DNA of 64,000 nucleotides from positions 53,697,663 to 53,761,662 of the forward strand of contig NC_090400.1 in assembly GCF_036365525.1 (NCBI RefSeq), given 5' to 3'. A program made the position numbers and the translations under genes. This document shows positions 1 through 12,653 of the stretch, piece by piece; the stretch's first letter is position 1; every line of letters begins with the position of its first letter. The notes beneath the pieces were generated by a model that was not told the origin of the DNA, did no database searches, and was given only the letters and a program-made list of their open reading frames with translations. The stretch comes from Heterodontus francisci (taxonomy: Eukaryota).

Positions 1-1125
1 TCACACCCACTATAATCCACACCCTCCCTCACACCCACTATAACCCACACCCTCCCTCACACCCACTATAACACACACCCTCCCTCACTCCCACTATGTC
101 CCACACCCTCCCTCACCCCTACTATAACTCACACCCACTATAACCCACACCCTCCCTCACACCCACTATATCCCACACCCTCCCTCACACCCACTATATC
201 CCACACCCTCCCTCACACCCACTATATCCCACACCCTCCCTCACACCCACTCTAACCCACACTCTCCCTCACCTGCTATATCCCACAGCCTCCCTCACAC
301 CCAGTATAACCCACACCCACTATATCCCACACCCTCCCTCACACCCACTATAACCCACACCCTCCCTCACACCCACTATATCCCACAGCCTCCCTCACAC
401 CTACTATAACTCACACCCTCCCTCACACCCACTATATCCCACACCCTCCCTCACACCCACTATAACCCACACCCTCCCTCACACCCACTATATCTCAGAG
501 CCTCCCTCACACCCACTATAACTCACACTCACTATAACCCACACCCTCCCTCACACCCACTATATCCCACACCCTCCCTCACACCCACTATAACACACAC
601 CCTCCCTCACTCCCACTATATCCCACACCCTCCCTCACACCCACTATAACACACACCCTCCCTCACTCCCACTATATCCCACACCCTCCCTCACCCCTAC
701 TATAACTCACACCCACTATAACCCACACCCTCCCTCACACCCACTATATCCCACACCCTCCCTCACTCCCACTATATCCCACACCCTCCCTCACACCCAC
801 TATAACACACACCCTCCCTCACTCCCACTATATCCCACACCCTCCCTCACCCCTACTATAACTCACACCCACTATAACCCACACCCTCCCTCACACCCAC
901 TATATCCCACACCCTCCCTCACACCCACTATATCCCACACCCTCCCTCACACCCACTATAACCCACATCCTCCCTCACACCCACTATAACCCACACCCTC
1001 CCTCACACCCACTATATCCCACAGCCTCCCTCACACCTACTATAACTCACACCCACAATAACCCACACTCTCCCTCACACCTGCTATATCCACACCCTCC
1101 CTCACACCCACTATTACCCATACCA
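1..1125. repeat. Minisatellite, ~28-bp unit TCACACCCACTATA(A/T)CCCACACCCTCCC, truncated by the window start
   Basis: Tandem units read directly, with shorter variants interspersed; the minus strand has four GGG runs per unit. Confidence 0.97.
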
Positions 1126-1131
1126 TCCAAC

Positions 1132-1620
1132 ACTGATTCCTGGGATGAAAGATTACCCTATGAGCAGAGATTGAATAGACTAGGTCTGTATTCTCCAGAA
1201 TTTAAAAGAATGAGAGGTGATCTCATTGAGACATAAAATTCTTAAAGGGTTTACAGGGGCGATGCTGAAAAAATGTTTCCCTGGCTGGGGTGTCTAGAAT
1301 GCGGGTGGGGGGTGGGGGGGGGGGGGGGGGCGGGGGGTCGCAGTCTCAGAAAAGGGGGTCGGCCATTTAGGAATGAGATGAGGAGAAATTTCTTCACTCA
1401 ATGGATTGTGAATCTTTGGAATTGTCTACCCCAGAGAGCTGTGGATGTTCAGTTGTTGAAAATATTCAAGATTGACATTGATAGATTTTTGGAGACTAAG
1501 GTAATTAAGGGATGGAGATAGGGCAGGAAAGTGCAGTTGAGGTGGAAGATCAGCCATGGTCTTATTGAATGGTGGGGCAGTCTTGAGGGGCCAAATGGCC
1601 TATGCCTGCTCCTTTTTACT
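1132..1620 (+). mobile_element. CR1 LINE 3' fragment (degraded)
   Basis: MRGDLIET and MRRNFFTQWIVNLWNCLPQRAV (CR1 ORF2 C-terminus), then 3' UTR GGGCCAAATGGCCTA. Confidence 0.9.
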
Positions 1621-2551
1621 GTGTTAGCACCCTCCACTATTACTGTGCATCCAATTGGGTCCACCATTATCACATCATCCATTGTATAATGAATTAGATT
1701 TCCCTGTCTGTTGCTGTCATGTAATTCTCAGTATTGTTGTAGTGACAGTCCCATAACACTTTCCACTTTCATCTGACTGCTGTGTGCAATGCCCAGCTAA
1801 CTCATTCAGGATTTTTACTCCCCAGAGGGAACAAGAATGACACGAAAAGAAATCCATCCATTAACCTGGAACCAACGGAAACACTCTTTAATAAACAGCC
1901 CGATCAGTATTATTGATACACGAGGAACAAAAAGCCGATAATGTGGTACAGGCTTATGATTCAAACTGAATTTTCTGATAGCATTGAACAGTGTCTAAAC
2001 TTCACATCAGAACTCCATTGGTTTAACCACCGCCCTTCATTCTGTATAGGCTTATATTCTATTTTAAATTGCTGCACCTTTCTTGGCAGATTTTGCTAAA
2101 TAACAGGTAGTATGAAGATGCGAGTGATGATCTTCTCCGGGTCTAACACTTTGAACTTTGTGATATTTATACTCATTGTCCATTCGCACTGTCCCCTGCG
2201 CCGTTTTAGATTCAATTCATGATAATCTACTGCTTTATCTACTGGTTTTTTTTTTCCAATTCAGACTCGGATGCTGTGAGAGGAAGGAAGCAGTAAGGTT
2301 TGGTCTGTTAGATGAGCAATGATGGGCCTCGCCCATATCTATGTTAGGATCTGAAAGGTCTGTCTGCAGTGTTGGATTTATACTTGGCAATATTTACGCC
2401 GCTGTCACTATCAAAGATTTACTTTTGACAAGAGCACTGTATTCTCTCTAGCTTGACATTATCAAAGGTTTAAGGCTACAACCACCTTATAGATATATAT
2501 ATATATATAAAAGTCGCATTATTACAAATTACAGTATAAAATCCTTCCTTT

Positions 2552-2700
2552 TTACAAACTTGGCCAAGGTGCGAGGAGAAACGGCAACTGCAGGTCCCCA
2601 TGGAGCTTAAACCACTTGGAGAGGAACCGGTGGCTAAGCAGGTGGGTTAGTGGAGCCGCCTTAGGGTTTGGAATGGTGAAGCCGGAGTCCTCCAGACCAT
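2552..2700 (-). CDS. Candidate exon of an unidentified minus-strand gene
   Basis: Acceptor TTTCTTTGTAG at 2701-2711 (minus); open frame DGLEDSGF...PWPSL*; phase-compatible with the 4374 donor; no homology recognised. Confidence 0.25.
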
Positions 2701-4373
2701 CTACAAAGAAATCCGTAAGGTTTATATCTGGGTAACTAATGTTAAACACGTGTGATACTGACCCGACACCTGGGTTATTTTAGTATTGAGACTCCGGGGC
2801 TGTGATTAACCAGCAGAGGCCAAGTCTATTGTCAATCCTTCAATTTGAACCCGAGCTCTCTGCATAAAGGCAGGCATCGGCGATCACAAATCGATACTCA
2901 AAGCATTTCCATAACCGATTATTCGAAGGAACCTCTTTTTTTGGGGGGGCGGGGGGGGGGGGGGGTGCAGTGTTAGATGCTACTCTTAAACTTAACATTG
3001 CGTTTTATATATAAACATACAGACTCATATATAAAAACCAAAAGTAAAACTGAATCATCCCCACCAAGTGGGCTGAGAGATACTGGAGAAACAGCGATAG
3101 CCGTGCACTGGCGACAAAACCTGTCTTTACAGGGATGCTGCTAATATTTAACAGTTTAACTTTTTATAGTTAACTGACTTAAAACGAGGGGAGTTTCCTG
3201 AAGGTTTTATTTTGGACCCTCCCAGATCCCGCTGGAAAGGGAGGGGTTGTCTGGCTTGTAAAGAGTTCAACGCGGCAGTTCTTCATTTGGGTGATTCGTG
3301 CATTTATTTATTTAATAAGTGTATTGTTGCTGTCTGCAGACTGGCCCGAGAACCGCGGATCCTTGCATTCGGAGGGTGCCAATCTGTTTTGGTTTGCAGG
3401 AGGAGATCACGGGCTGTTGACATAGAGATCGCCCCGGACAGACCAACTTTCATCCACCTCCTCCTTTTCTTTAAGCATTACAGCCACTGAAGGCGCCCCA
3501 TAGCACAGAATGGCAACCCCGAGCCTGAAACTCCCAGGCGACAGGCAACAACAACAAAGCTGCAACATTACAGTAACATTTTTTTAAAAACACACACACA
3601 CACACACAGACACTGGGATAGTTGCTGATGGGCAGGTGATACTTTGATTCAGAAAAAAAAAACTCAGGAGTTAGGAATTGAATCGTTTTTAAACCCCCCC
3701 CCCCACCACCACCCCTCCCTCCTTTCTCCGTTAAAAAGTGAACCAGATGTCACATAACGATGAGCTATATTTAAACACACACATATAAATATTAAAACAA
3801 TAGCTTCAGCAGCGACTCTCTTGTCAGCTGCTGTCTAAACCTTGAGCTGAAACCTCGCCATCTATTTCAGGGTGAAAGGAAGAGAGAATGAAAAAAATAA
3901 GAGCAGGTGCCAATTTAAATAAAAAAAATCCAGTTACATTATTGATTTGTCCCTTGAAATGCAACCAGAACAGATAACGGTAGATGGACAAGCAAAGCTA
4001 AGCTCAACAATAATCTTTTAATAAGACCCTGTCTATATTCCAGACATTAGATGCCGTTTCAAGAAGCTTTCAATTAACAGTTTTGCAAACAGAATCTCAA
4101 ACAGCCCGAAAACTTGTATTAAAAGTCCACAATCGGTCACGAGATTTAAATATAAATTCGGTGCAATCTTAAAAACTCGCACTGCGGCGATTCTTGCTCT
4201 ATTTAATAAATGTTACGTATTATATATGAATATTTTATGCATTGAATCCTATGTCGATGTAGAAAAGAAGATAAGATTACAGTGAAGCAGCATAAATAAA
4301 ACACCCCTTCTAAGATTTTATTCCAGAGAATTCAAATTAAAATTTCAACAACGAACCCAATAATGGAACTCAC

Positions 4374-4640
4374 CTTTTCTACTCATTTTCGCCCCTGTCC
4401 AGCCCGGAGAAAAGTTGCCTCTTAGCGGAATAAATCACCTCGAATTTACCAACGATCCCGGAGAGGGAAGCGAGTCCTGGGTTGTTGCACAGATATCCTG
4501 AACGAGCTCTTCCGCATCCTGAGAGCATTAAATAAAAAAAAGGAGGGCGAGAGAGAGAGAGAGAGAGTGGGAGAGAGAGAGAGAGAGAGAGAGCGCCTGG
4601 AGGCGGCAGCTACAGCCGATAGGAGACGCACCCAGCCCGG
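4374..4640 (-). other. Candidate first exon ending ATG AGT AGA AAA G|GTGAGT
   Basis: Consensus donor AAG|GTGAGT at 4368-4376 (minus); aaaATGa at 4386-4384; CpG-containing, repeat-free; 5' boundary is a guess. Confidence 0.45.
4548..4593. repeat. (GA)n microsatellite
   Basis: Read directly. Confidence 0.95.
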
Positions 4641-5400
4641 CTTACAGAGGGGCTCCGACCCGGGGGTTTGTCTGACTCAGAGAAGGAGGGACTAGGGGGG
4701 TGGGGGGGTTACTGAAAACCAGTCCAATTACCTTTTGTTTTTGCAAAAAAAAGATGTTTAAAAAATATATATAAATATGATTTAAAGCGGTTGGTAACAG
4801 GCGTTCTCCCGGAGTGGAAAGCGGTGTTCAGTGTTGAAATGTTTAATTCAGACTGGACAAGTGGTGGGGGGGGGGGGGGGAAGGGGCTGACGTGAAACTG
4901 GCGCCTGGTATAGGGGGAAATTTGTCCTTATAAGGAGAGATGGGCACGTCTGTTTTATATAAAAAGACACACACATCTCTCCCCAGCCACTAGATTTCAC
5001 CCCCAGTCCCGGCCAGCTCAGAGACACACTCCACCACACCCTCATTCAGCAACCAAGAATCATTTCAAATGAAAAAGAGAGATTGCTGCAACCCCCGCCA
5101 GATAAATAAATGAGAAGAGAGACAGAGAGAAAAACAGAGGCCGTCCCATTGCCCTACCTGCAGCACTTTAAACATTCCGCGCGATCTTTCCAGCATCTAC
5201 AATCTCTGGGAATAAATTATCAACGAATTCCCTCAGAAAGCTGCGCACAGGCATGTGACTGTGGGAGAGATAACATTCTCTGTGTGTGTGATTCAAGGAT
5301 TGCGGATTTAGGAGCAGTCAGAGGCAAATTCTGATATTAAAAAATAAAGCAAAAAGTTGAGAAAGTTATCTGAACTTGGCCAATCGATTATCACAGTCCT
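4600..5400 (-). promoter_or_regulatory. Putative promoter / alternative first-exon region
   Basis: TE-free and relatively CpG-rich; TTTTATATAAAA near 4953-4964; CCAAT near 5380; second minus-strand donor CAG|GTAGGG near 5152-5160. Confidence 0.35.
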
Positions 5401-5899
5401 ATTCCATGTCCTGCAGATTTGTGTCTCTGTTTGCCTGTGTCCATTCGCGTGACCATCTTAGCTGGACAGAGCCCACTACTCTATTTGCACTTTTGCTCTT
5501 TTTTAACTTCTTTTCTCTTTACCCCTCCGAGACTCTCTTCTATCGCCCTGCCTCCTTTCACTTCTCCCCTCTCAGGTGTTCTGCTCTCCCAATTCCCGAC
5601 CCCAAGCCTTCGGTGCTCCTCAACCTTCCTGCTCTTTTGCTGCCGTGCCAGGCTTGATTCCCCATTAGATAAGCCTACAGCTTCCCTCTGTGCTTCTCTT
5701 GGCATCCTCTTACTGGGCGTTGGCTCATTATGAGCAGCTGCCCCAATTGCTCCATACCACTATCGCGTCACCCTTTCCACCCATTGTGCCTGCTGGGGGC
5801 TAATCTTGCCAATCCTCTTCCTGTCCAACTCGCCCCCCCCCCACTGCTGCCCCTGTGGACTCTGCCGGTGGATCAGCTCTCACTGGCCCTCTATGCATC

Positions 5900-8031
5900 T
5901 CCCTCCAGAATATCCTTTCACTTGTGAACAAGGCCCTTGCCATCCATGAACTTGTTGTGGATGATTGTATCGACATCATGGCCTTAATGGAAACCTGACT
6001 CAGGTGATGCCTTTCCCCTTAATGAAGTCTCTCTGGCTACATCTTCCAACACTTGTCCTGCCGAGACCGTCACGGTGGCAGTGTGGCGCTTATCACTGGA
6101 TCACATCCTGACCTGACCCCCTCCTCTGGCACTTTCTCCTCCTTCAAGATCTCACCTTCTTACGCCCCCACCCCTGTCACCTCTCTTACAAAATCATTGT
6201 TCTCTTTACCCCCCCCCCCCCCAAATACAATAAAAATGTTATCACTAAGATATCTTCACTCCTTTCCTCCCTCAGTCTGTGCACCGAACAACTTCTCATC
6301 TTCAGCAATTTCAATCTCCATCTCAACTCATCATGTTCTCTCTCCTCTGAGCTCGCTGCCCTCTTATCCTCCCTAAATGTCTCCCTGCATGTAAACTCCC
6401 CAACCCATATTCACAGCCACCCCCATGATCTTGCCATCTCACATAGTCTTGTTAGTCCCATCATATCAATTACAGATAAGGCCATCTCTGATCACCTTGT
6501 ATCGCTGTCCGCCCCAACCCTACCTCATTCTGTATCGGTCCCTGGAAAACAAAACTGCCCCCCTATTCACTTGCAACTGCACTTTTGAAATCTCAACTAT
6601 CTAGCCTTTGGTCCTCCTTTCGCTACAACATTTCTGCAGCTACTGATTCGCTCAATCCCACGCTCACCTGCACCTTTGATACCCTAGTCCCCACTAAAAA
6701 GATCAGTGTCTCACCCTGGCCGTTTCCCCGGTATGGCCCCCATCTCTGCTCTCTTAAGTAAAGAGACACAGACTTGAAAGGATATGGCAGACAGTTGGTC
6801 CAGCCATCCACCGCCACATCTGGCTGGACCATTTAAAATGCTATCTGGTCTGCTGTCATCTGTTAAAATTGTTCACTATTCCAGGATCATCTTGGAATGC
6901 AAAGGTAACCCCTGGCTTCTTTTCTCTGCTGCAAACTGTCTTCTTACACCCCTCCACCCTTCACCCTCCACCCTTCACCCTTCACCCTCCACCCTCACCT
7001 CCAACAATAAGTAAGAGGAGCTCATGGACTTCTTTGTCACTAAGATCGAGACCATCCAATCAGCCGCCTCTGCCTTGTCTCTCCCTTCCACTAGCCCACC
7101 GGGCCATACTTCCTCCAAGGTGCCCTCCTGCCCCTAGCCCTGAACTCGCATCATTCTCTAGTTTCTCTCCTATTTCCCCCCATTCCCTCTCTGAGCACAT
7201 GTTGGCCATGACTCCCACCTCCTGTTCCCTCGAACCTATTCCCACTAACCTGCTGACCCGTCCTGGTCCCCATGTTAACTGATATTCTTCACAGTTCTCT
7301 CTCTTCAGGTGTTGTCCCTCTCTCCTTTAAATCTGCTGTTATCACCCCTCTCCTCAAAAAAACCCCTTGACTTCACCATCCTTGAAAATTACTTCTCCAT
7401 CTCCAAACCTCCCTTTCCTCTCCAAAGTTCCTGAACGCCTCCCAAATCTGTGCCCGTCTTTCCCGTAGCTCCATGTTTCAATCTCTCCAATTAGGTTTCT
7501 AGCCCTGGCGTGGTGCCGAAGAGCTCTTATCAAAGTCACAATTGACATCCTGTGTGACTGTGGCAAAGGTAAACTTGCCCTCCTCATCCTTATTGACTTA
7601 TCTGCAGTCATTGACATGATTGACCACACTATCCTTCTCCAATGCCCCTCCACTGTCGTCCAGCTGGGTGGGACTGCTCTCACTGATAACTTAACTCATA
7701 CCAAGTCCAGTTCACCTATCCCCCTCTGTGCTTGGAGACATGCATTGACTCCCGATCGAGCAACGTCTTGATTTTAAAATTCTCATCCTTGTTTTCAAAT
7801 CCCTCCATGGCCTCACCCCTCCCTATCTCTGTAATCTCCTCCAGCCCCAGCACCCTCCAAGATATGTGCCCTCATCTAATTCTGGCCTCTTGAGCATCCA
7901 CCATTGGCGGCAGCACCTTCAGTTGCCTAGGCCCTAAGCTCTGGAATTCCCTCCCTACAACTCTCCGCCTCTCTACCTCGCTTTCCGTAAAACCTACTTC
8001 GTTGGCCAAGCTTTTGGTCACCTGACCCAAT
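5900..8031 (+). mobile_element. L2-clade LINE, degraded, with internal deletion; its tail resumes at ~9469-9560 after two TIR insertions
   Basis: APE-like ALMET*L near 5980; RT motif LLILIDLSAVIDMIDHTILLQ at ~7580-7640; 3' segment FKILILVFKSLHGL.PPYL. Confidence 0.88.
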
Positions 8032-8745
8032 GGGTGGAAACTCTTAGGCTATAAGCGTGAGTCAGGACCATTTCCGGTGTCAACACTGCTCTTGCTGTCA
8101 GGGCACAAGCCTGAGAGATCTTCCCAGAGGCCGCCAATTAAGAGGCGGGAGGACGGGTCCCTGAGGCCGCTGGCCCAATCAGAGGGCATGTAGCCTTGGA
8201 AGGACAGCAGCCCCACCTGCAGAGGTGGGGGCTGCCGCAACAGGATGGGGACTGCAAGGACACCTCCATCTTGAGGGGCCCTCTGAAGAGATATTAACTT
8301 TAATAAGCTAAACACTGGCCACAGCTATATGGACACCCCTGTGCAGCAGCTGCGGCTCTCTGATGGCTGGGTTCCGGTGGGGGGTGTTAATTGAGGAGGC
8401 TTCACGTGCCCCCCAGTCCACTGCCAGCAAGCTACCTCCAGCTACCTACTGGGCCTGGACCTCAGTGTGGGGGGGGGCCTGTCCGCTGCTGGGAAGATCC
8501 CAGTGGCGTGCGCAATCAGCCCATAAATGGCCATTTAATTATGCAGGTTGGCCCCCTGCTGCTGCCAAGTGGTAGATTCTGAAGGCACTGACCTGCCTCT
8601 GGGATGATTGCCCAGAGGTAGCAACGCAACAGACTGCTGACCTGCTGCATATTGCTTGGAAATTCCCCGCCACCACCGCCCCCCCCCCCCCCCCACTCCG
8701 GTCCTGCCTTGAAGCCTGCCCTGTAGGACCGGGAAGATTCCACTC
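8032..8745. mobile_element. GC-rich non-autonomous TIR DNA transposon (Harbinger-like)
   Basis: Termini GGGTGGAAACT...AAGATTCCACTC; flanked by AAT at 8029-8031 and 8746-8748. Confidence 0.7.
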
Positions 8746-8748
8746 AAT

Positions 8749-9468
8749 GGGCTGAATTTTATGTGCCCACCGCCCACACAGGCTGCACGTCACTTAAATA
8801 GCCAGGGTGGGCTACCCTGATCCCCCGATCACGTGGAGGGGGTGGGCTGTCCGTCCCCGGCAATGGCGTCAGCTGCCGGGAAATTTAAATATTTAACGGA
8901 GAAGTGAATAAAAATAAATAAATACATTTATTTTGCCCCTCCCCCACTCCCCAATAACAATTAAATTAATTATTTGCCCTTCCCCCCTCAAAACTCATAC
9001 CTTTACCCACTGACCTTCCCCCCCACCCCCCCGCAAACTGCACAAACTTTCAACTCCAACCCTTCCCACTATCCCCTACACCCATGACGTTAACTTGACT
9101 CTGTTCCCCCCCCCCCACTCCCCCACACATAGAAACTTACCACCTCCCCCCTCCCCACCAGTGTGGCACCTCATTTCCCCGGAAGGGAATCCAAAGGGGT
9201 GGGAGTGCCGGCCACCAGGCCAAAGATCGCAGCGGGACATCGAGTGGCGACGTGAGTTTCATGAATTCATTCATTTTAATTAATTTAAATATTCAAATTG
9301 GGGTCCTGTCGCTGAGTGGCGGTGGAGGGGGGGGGTCGCCATGAGGCCTCGCCGCCGCTGGCAATATTGGGCCAAGCCCTCCTGGCGTCGGGGTGCATGG
9401 CGGCCCTCTCCCAGGAGGCATCTTCAGGCCCCACCCCCTACGCCGGGGGGGAGAACAAAATCCAGCCC
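8749..9468. mobile_element. GC-rich non-autonomous TIR DNA transposon (Harbinger-like)
   Basis: TIRs GGGCTGAATTTT / AAAATCCAGCCC; flanks AAT/AAC; homologous to 15802-16562 in opposite orientation. Confidence 0.82.
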
Positions 9469-9874
9469 AACATTTCCTAACGCGGCTCAGTGTCATATTT
9501 TGTTTTATATTGCTCCTGCGAAGTGCCTTGGGACATTTTATCATGTTAAATATATTGTTGTGTTCACAGCTCACAGGGTTAACAGTCATTGTTTTAAATA
9601 TAGAATTACTATTACCTGGGAAGAGTGATTGGATCGATGGTGGGCTGTGTTGTGAGCTCGCATCTCTTCTGGTTCCAAAAGCCAAGATTCTTAACTGCTG
9701 CATGCCTAATAGCAGATTAAATAAATTCAGAAATAACGCTCAATATTAATGAGCTTAGATGTTCAGACCTTAGAAATACACGAGGGCAGCTGTTGTAAGA
9801 CAATAGCTAGGGACACCTAGTGGAGGAATATCAATGATTTGCCACAAGCCACGTCATGTAACAATAACCTGAAT

Positions 9875-11510
9875 TTTTTTTTTCTTTGGCCTCCTTATCT
9901 CGAGAGACAATGGGTAAGCGCCTGGAGGTGGTCAGTGGTGTGTGGAGCAGCGCCTGGAGTGGCTATAAAGGCCAATTCTAGAGTCACAGGCTCTTCCACA
10001 GGTGTTGCAGAAAAATTTGTTTGTCGGGGCTGTTACACAGTTGACTCTCCCCTTGCGCTTTTGTCTTTTTTCCTGCCAACTGCTAAGTCTCTTCGACTCG
10101 CCACACTTTAGCCCCGCCTTTATGGCTGCCCACCAGCTCTGGCGAACGCTGGCAACTGACTCCCACGACTTGTGATCAATGCCACACGACTTCATGTCGC
10201 GTTTGCAGACGTCTTTAAAGCGGAGACATGGACGGCCGATAGGTCTGATACCAATGGCGAGCTCGCTGTACAATGTGTCTTTGGGGATCCTGCCATCTTC
10301 CATGCGGCTCACATGGCCAAGCCATCTCAAGTGCCGCTGACTCAGTAGGGTGTATATGCTGGGGATGTTGGCCGCCTCGAGGACTTCTGTGTTGGAGATA
10401 CGGTCCTGCCACCTGATGCCAAGTATTCTCCGGAGGCAGCGAAGATGGAATGAATTGAGACGTCGCTCTTGGCTGACATACGTTTATTTATTTAGAGATA
10501 CAGCACTGAAACAGGCCCTTCGGCCCATCGAGTCTGTGCCGACCAACAACCACCCATTTATACTAACCCTACAGTAATCCCATATTCCCTATCACCTCCC
10601 TACACTAGGGGCAATTTACAACGGCCAATTTACCTATCACCTGCAAGTCTTTTGGATGTGGGAGGAAACCGGAGCACCCGGCAAAAACCCACGCAGACAC
10701 AGGGAGAACTTGCAAACTCCGCACAGGCAGTACCCAGAATCGAACCCGGGTCCCTGGAGCTGTGAGGCTGCGGTGCTAACCACTGCGCCACTGTGCCGCC
10801 CACGTTGTCCAGGCCTCGCTGCCATAGAGCAAGGTACTGGGGACACACTCGGACTTTTGTGTTCCGTGTCAGTGCGCCATTTTCCCACACTCTCTTGGCC
10901 AGTCTGGACATAGCAGTGGAAGCCTTTCCCATGCACTTGTTGATTTCTGCATCTAGAGACAGGTTACTGGTGATAGTTGAGCCTAGGTAGGTGAACTCTT
11001 GAACCACTTCCAGAGCGTGGTCGCCCATATTGATGGATGGAGCACTTCTGATGTCCTGCCCCATTGTGTTCGTTTTCTTGAGGCTGATGGTTAGGCCAAA
11101 TTCATTGCAGGCAGCCGCAAACCTGTCGATGAGACTCTGCAGACACTCTTCAGTGTGAGATGTTAAAGCAGTATCGTCAGCAAAGAGGAGTTCCCTGATG
11201 AGGACTTTCCGTACTTTGGACTTCGCTCTTAGACGGGCAAGGTTGAACAACCTGCCCCCTGATCTTGTGTGGAGGAAAATTCCTTCTTCAGAAGACTTGA
11301 ACGCATGTGAAAGCAGCAGGGAGAAGAAAATCCCAAAAAGTGTGGGTGCAAGAACACAGCCCTGTTTCACGCTACTCAGGATAGGAAAGGGGTCTGATGA
11401 GGTGCCGCCATGTTGAATTGTGCCTTTCATATTGTCATGGAATGAGGTGATGATACTTAGTCGCTTTGGTGGGCATCCAATTTTTTCTAGTAGTCTGAAG
11501 AGACCACGTC
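9875..11510 (-). mobile_element. RTE-clade LINE (RT plus C-terminal C2H2-like finger), 5'-truncated and interrupted by a SINE
   Basis: ORF 10630-11430: VKQGCVLAPTLFGIFF, LLFADD, EFTYLGS; ORF 9932-10330: RWLGHVSRMEDGRIPK...CNTCGRAC.SRIGLYSHSRRC. Confidence 0.95.
10483..10801 (-). mobile_element. tRNA-derived V-SINE (HE1-like), full length, nested in the RTE
   Basis: Box A TGGCGCAGTGG, box B GGTTCGATTC, V domain GGAGTTTGCAAGTTCTCCC...GGTGCTCCGGTTTCCTCCCAC, (TAAA)n tail; AACGT duplicated at the flanks. Confidence 0.93.
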
Positions 11511-11707
11511 AGATTGGTTTGCCCTGAGACAGCCATCACCACTTCACTCAGGGAAAACCAAGTCAACAGAGGGTTCTTAAAGGGACCACTGCTGATCGCA
11601 ATCAACAAGGGAAGTTTGTAAAAAAGCATTTAGCTGAATTTGGAGCAGCACCAGGCAGAGAACCCCAGCCCAGGATTGGCTTGCCCTTTAGCCTGATCTT
11701 CAGTCAT

Positions 11708-12040
11708 TTTATTTTATTTAGAGATACAGCACTGAAACAGGCCCTTCGGTCCACCGAGTCTGTGCCGACCAACAACCACCCATTTATACTAATCCTACAT
11801 TAACCCCATATTCCTACCATATCCCCACAATTCCCCTACCATCTACCTACGCTAGGGGCAATTTATAATGGCCAATTTACCTATCAACCTGCAAACCTTT
11901 GGCTGTGGGAGGAAACCAGAGCACCCGGTGAAAACCCACGCGGTCACAGGGAGAACTTGCAAACTCCGCACAGGCAGTACCCAGAATTGAACCCGGGTCA
12001 CTGGAGCTGTGAGGCTGCGGTGCTAACCACTGTGCTGCCA
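11708..12040 (-). mobile_element. V-SINE (HE1-like)
   Basis: Same head, V domain and tail as 10483-10801. Confidence 0.92.
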
Positions 12041-12616
12041 TTCTTTGCCCATGAGCTGCCTGTTACTCACCGCAGCTCACTGGCCCCTTGCAAATGTGGT
12101 CTGAGGTTCAGTATTGAGGGCACCTAGGGCCACACCGTTCAGTCGCAGAGATTGTTCCTTACCCACTACTCCCTGCACCCTGTGTGCACCCAGTCATTTC
12201 TAGGCCATTGAAATTTTCTCCTTTTTTGTCATCAAGAGCCAGATGCAGGCAAGACGAGGCAGACATGAAAAAGGGAGACAATGGCAGACACTCAACAGAA
12301 TGGTCGGCCAGTAGAAATTGGCCCACACCATCATCCAGGTACAGTCAGTCAGGTAGTGGATATGAACCTACAGACAATGACGGGCAGGTAAAGACTATCC
12401 AGCCTGTTCTATGTAATTGCAATACCTTATGTATCACAATAAATACACTCCCCACCACCCCCCCCCCCCACCCCCGGAAACCATGTGATCTCCTGGGAGA
12501 GGCGAAAAAACCCAGAAATAAAAGCAAAATAATGCAAATGCTGGAAATCTGAAATAAAGACAGAAAATACTGGAAATACTCAGCAGGACAGGCCGTATCT
12601 GTGAAGAGAGAAGCAG

Positions 12617-12653
12617 AGTTAATGTTTCGGGTCTGTGGCCTTTCATCAGAACT
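12617..12653 (-). ncRNA. Minimal hammerhead ribozyme-like motif in Penelope-like element
   Basis: AGTT-CTGATGA-AAGGCCACAGACCC-GAAA-CATT-AACT. Confidence 0.55.

Noticed and set aside
1-1125. CRISPR array or telomeric repeat
   Set aside because: Units are contiguous with no unique spacers, there is no TTAGGG unit, and the context is eukaryotic
1305-1337. Long poly-G/poly-C tracts (also ~2942-2965, 4862-4880, 60063-60079)
   Set aside because: Homopolymer expansions scattered through the window, often inside repeats; lengths may be sequencing-dependent
10630-11430. 266-aa RT ORF with a novel C-terminus
   Set aside because: The tail is read-through into an inserted V-SINE after a small deletion
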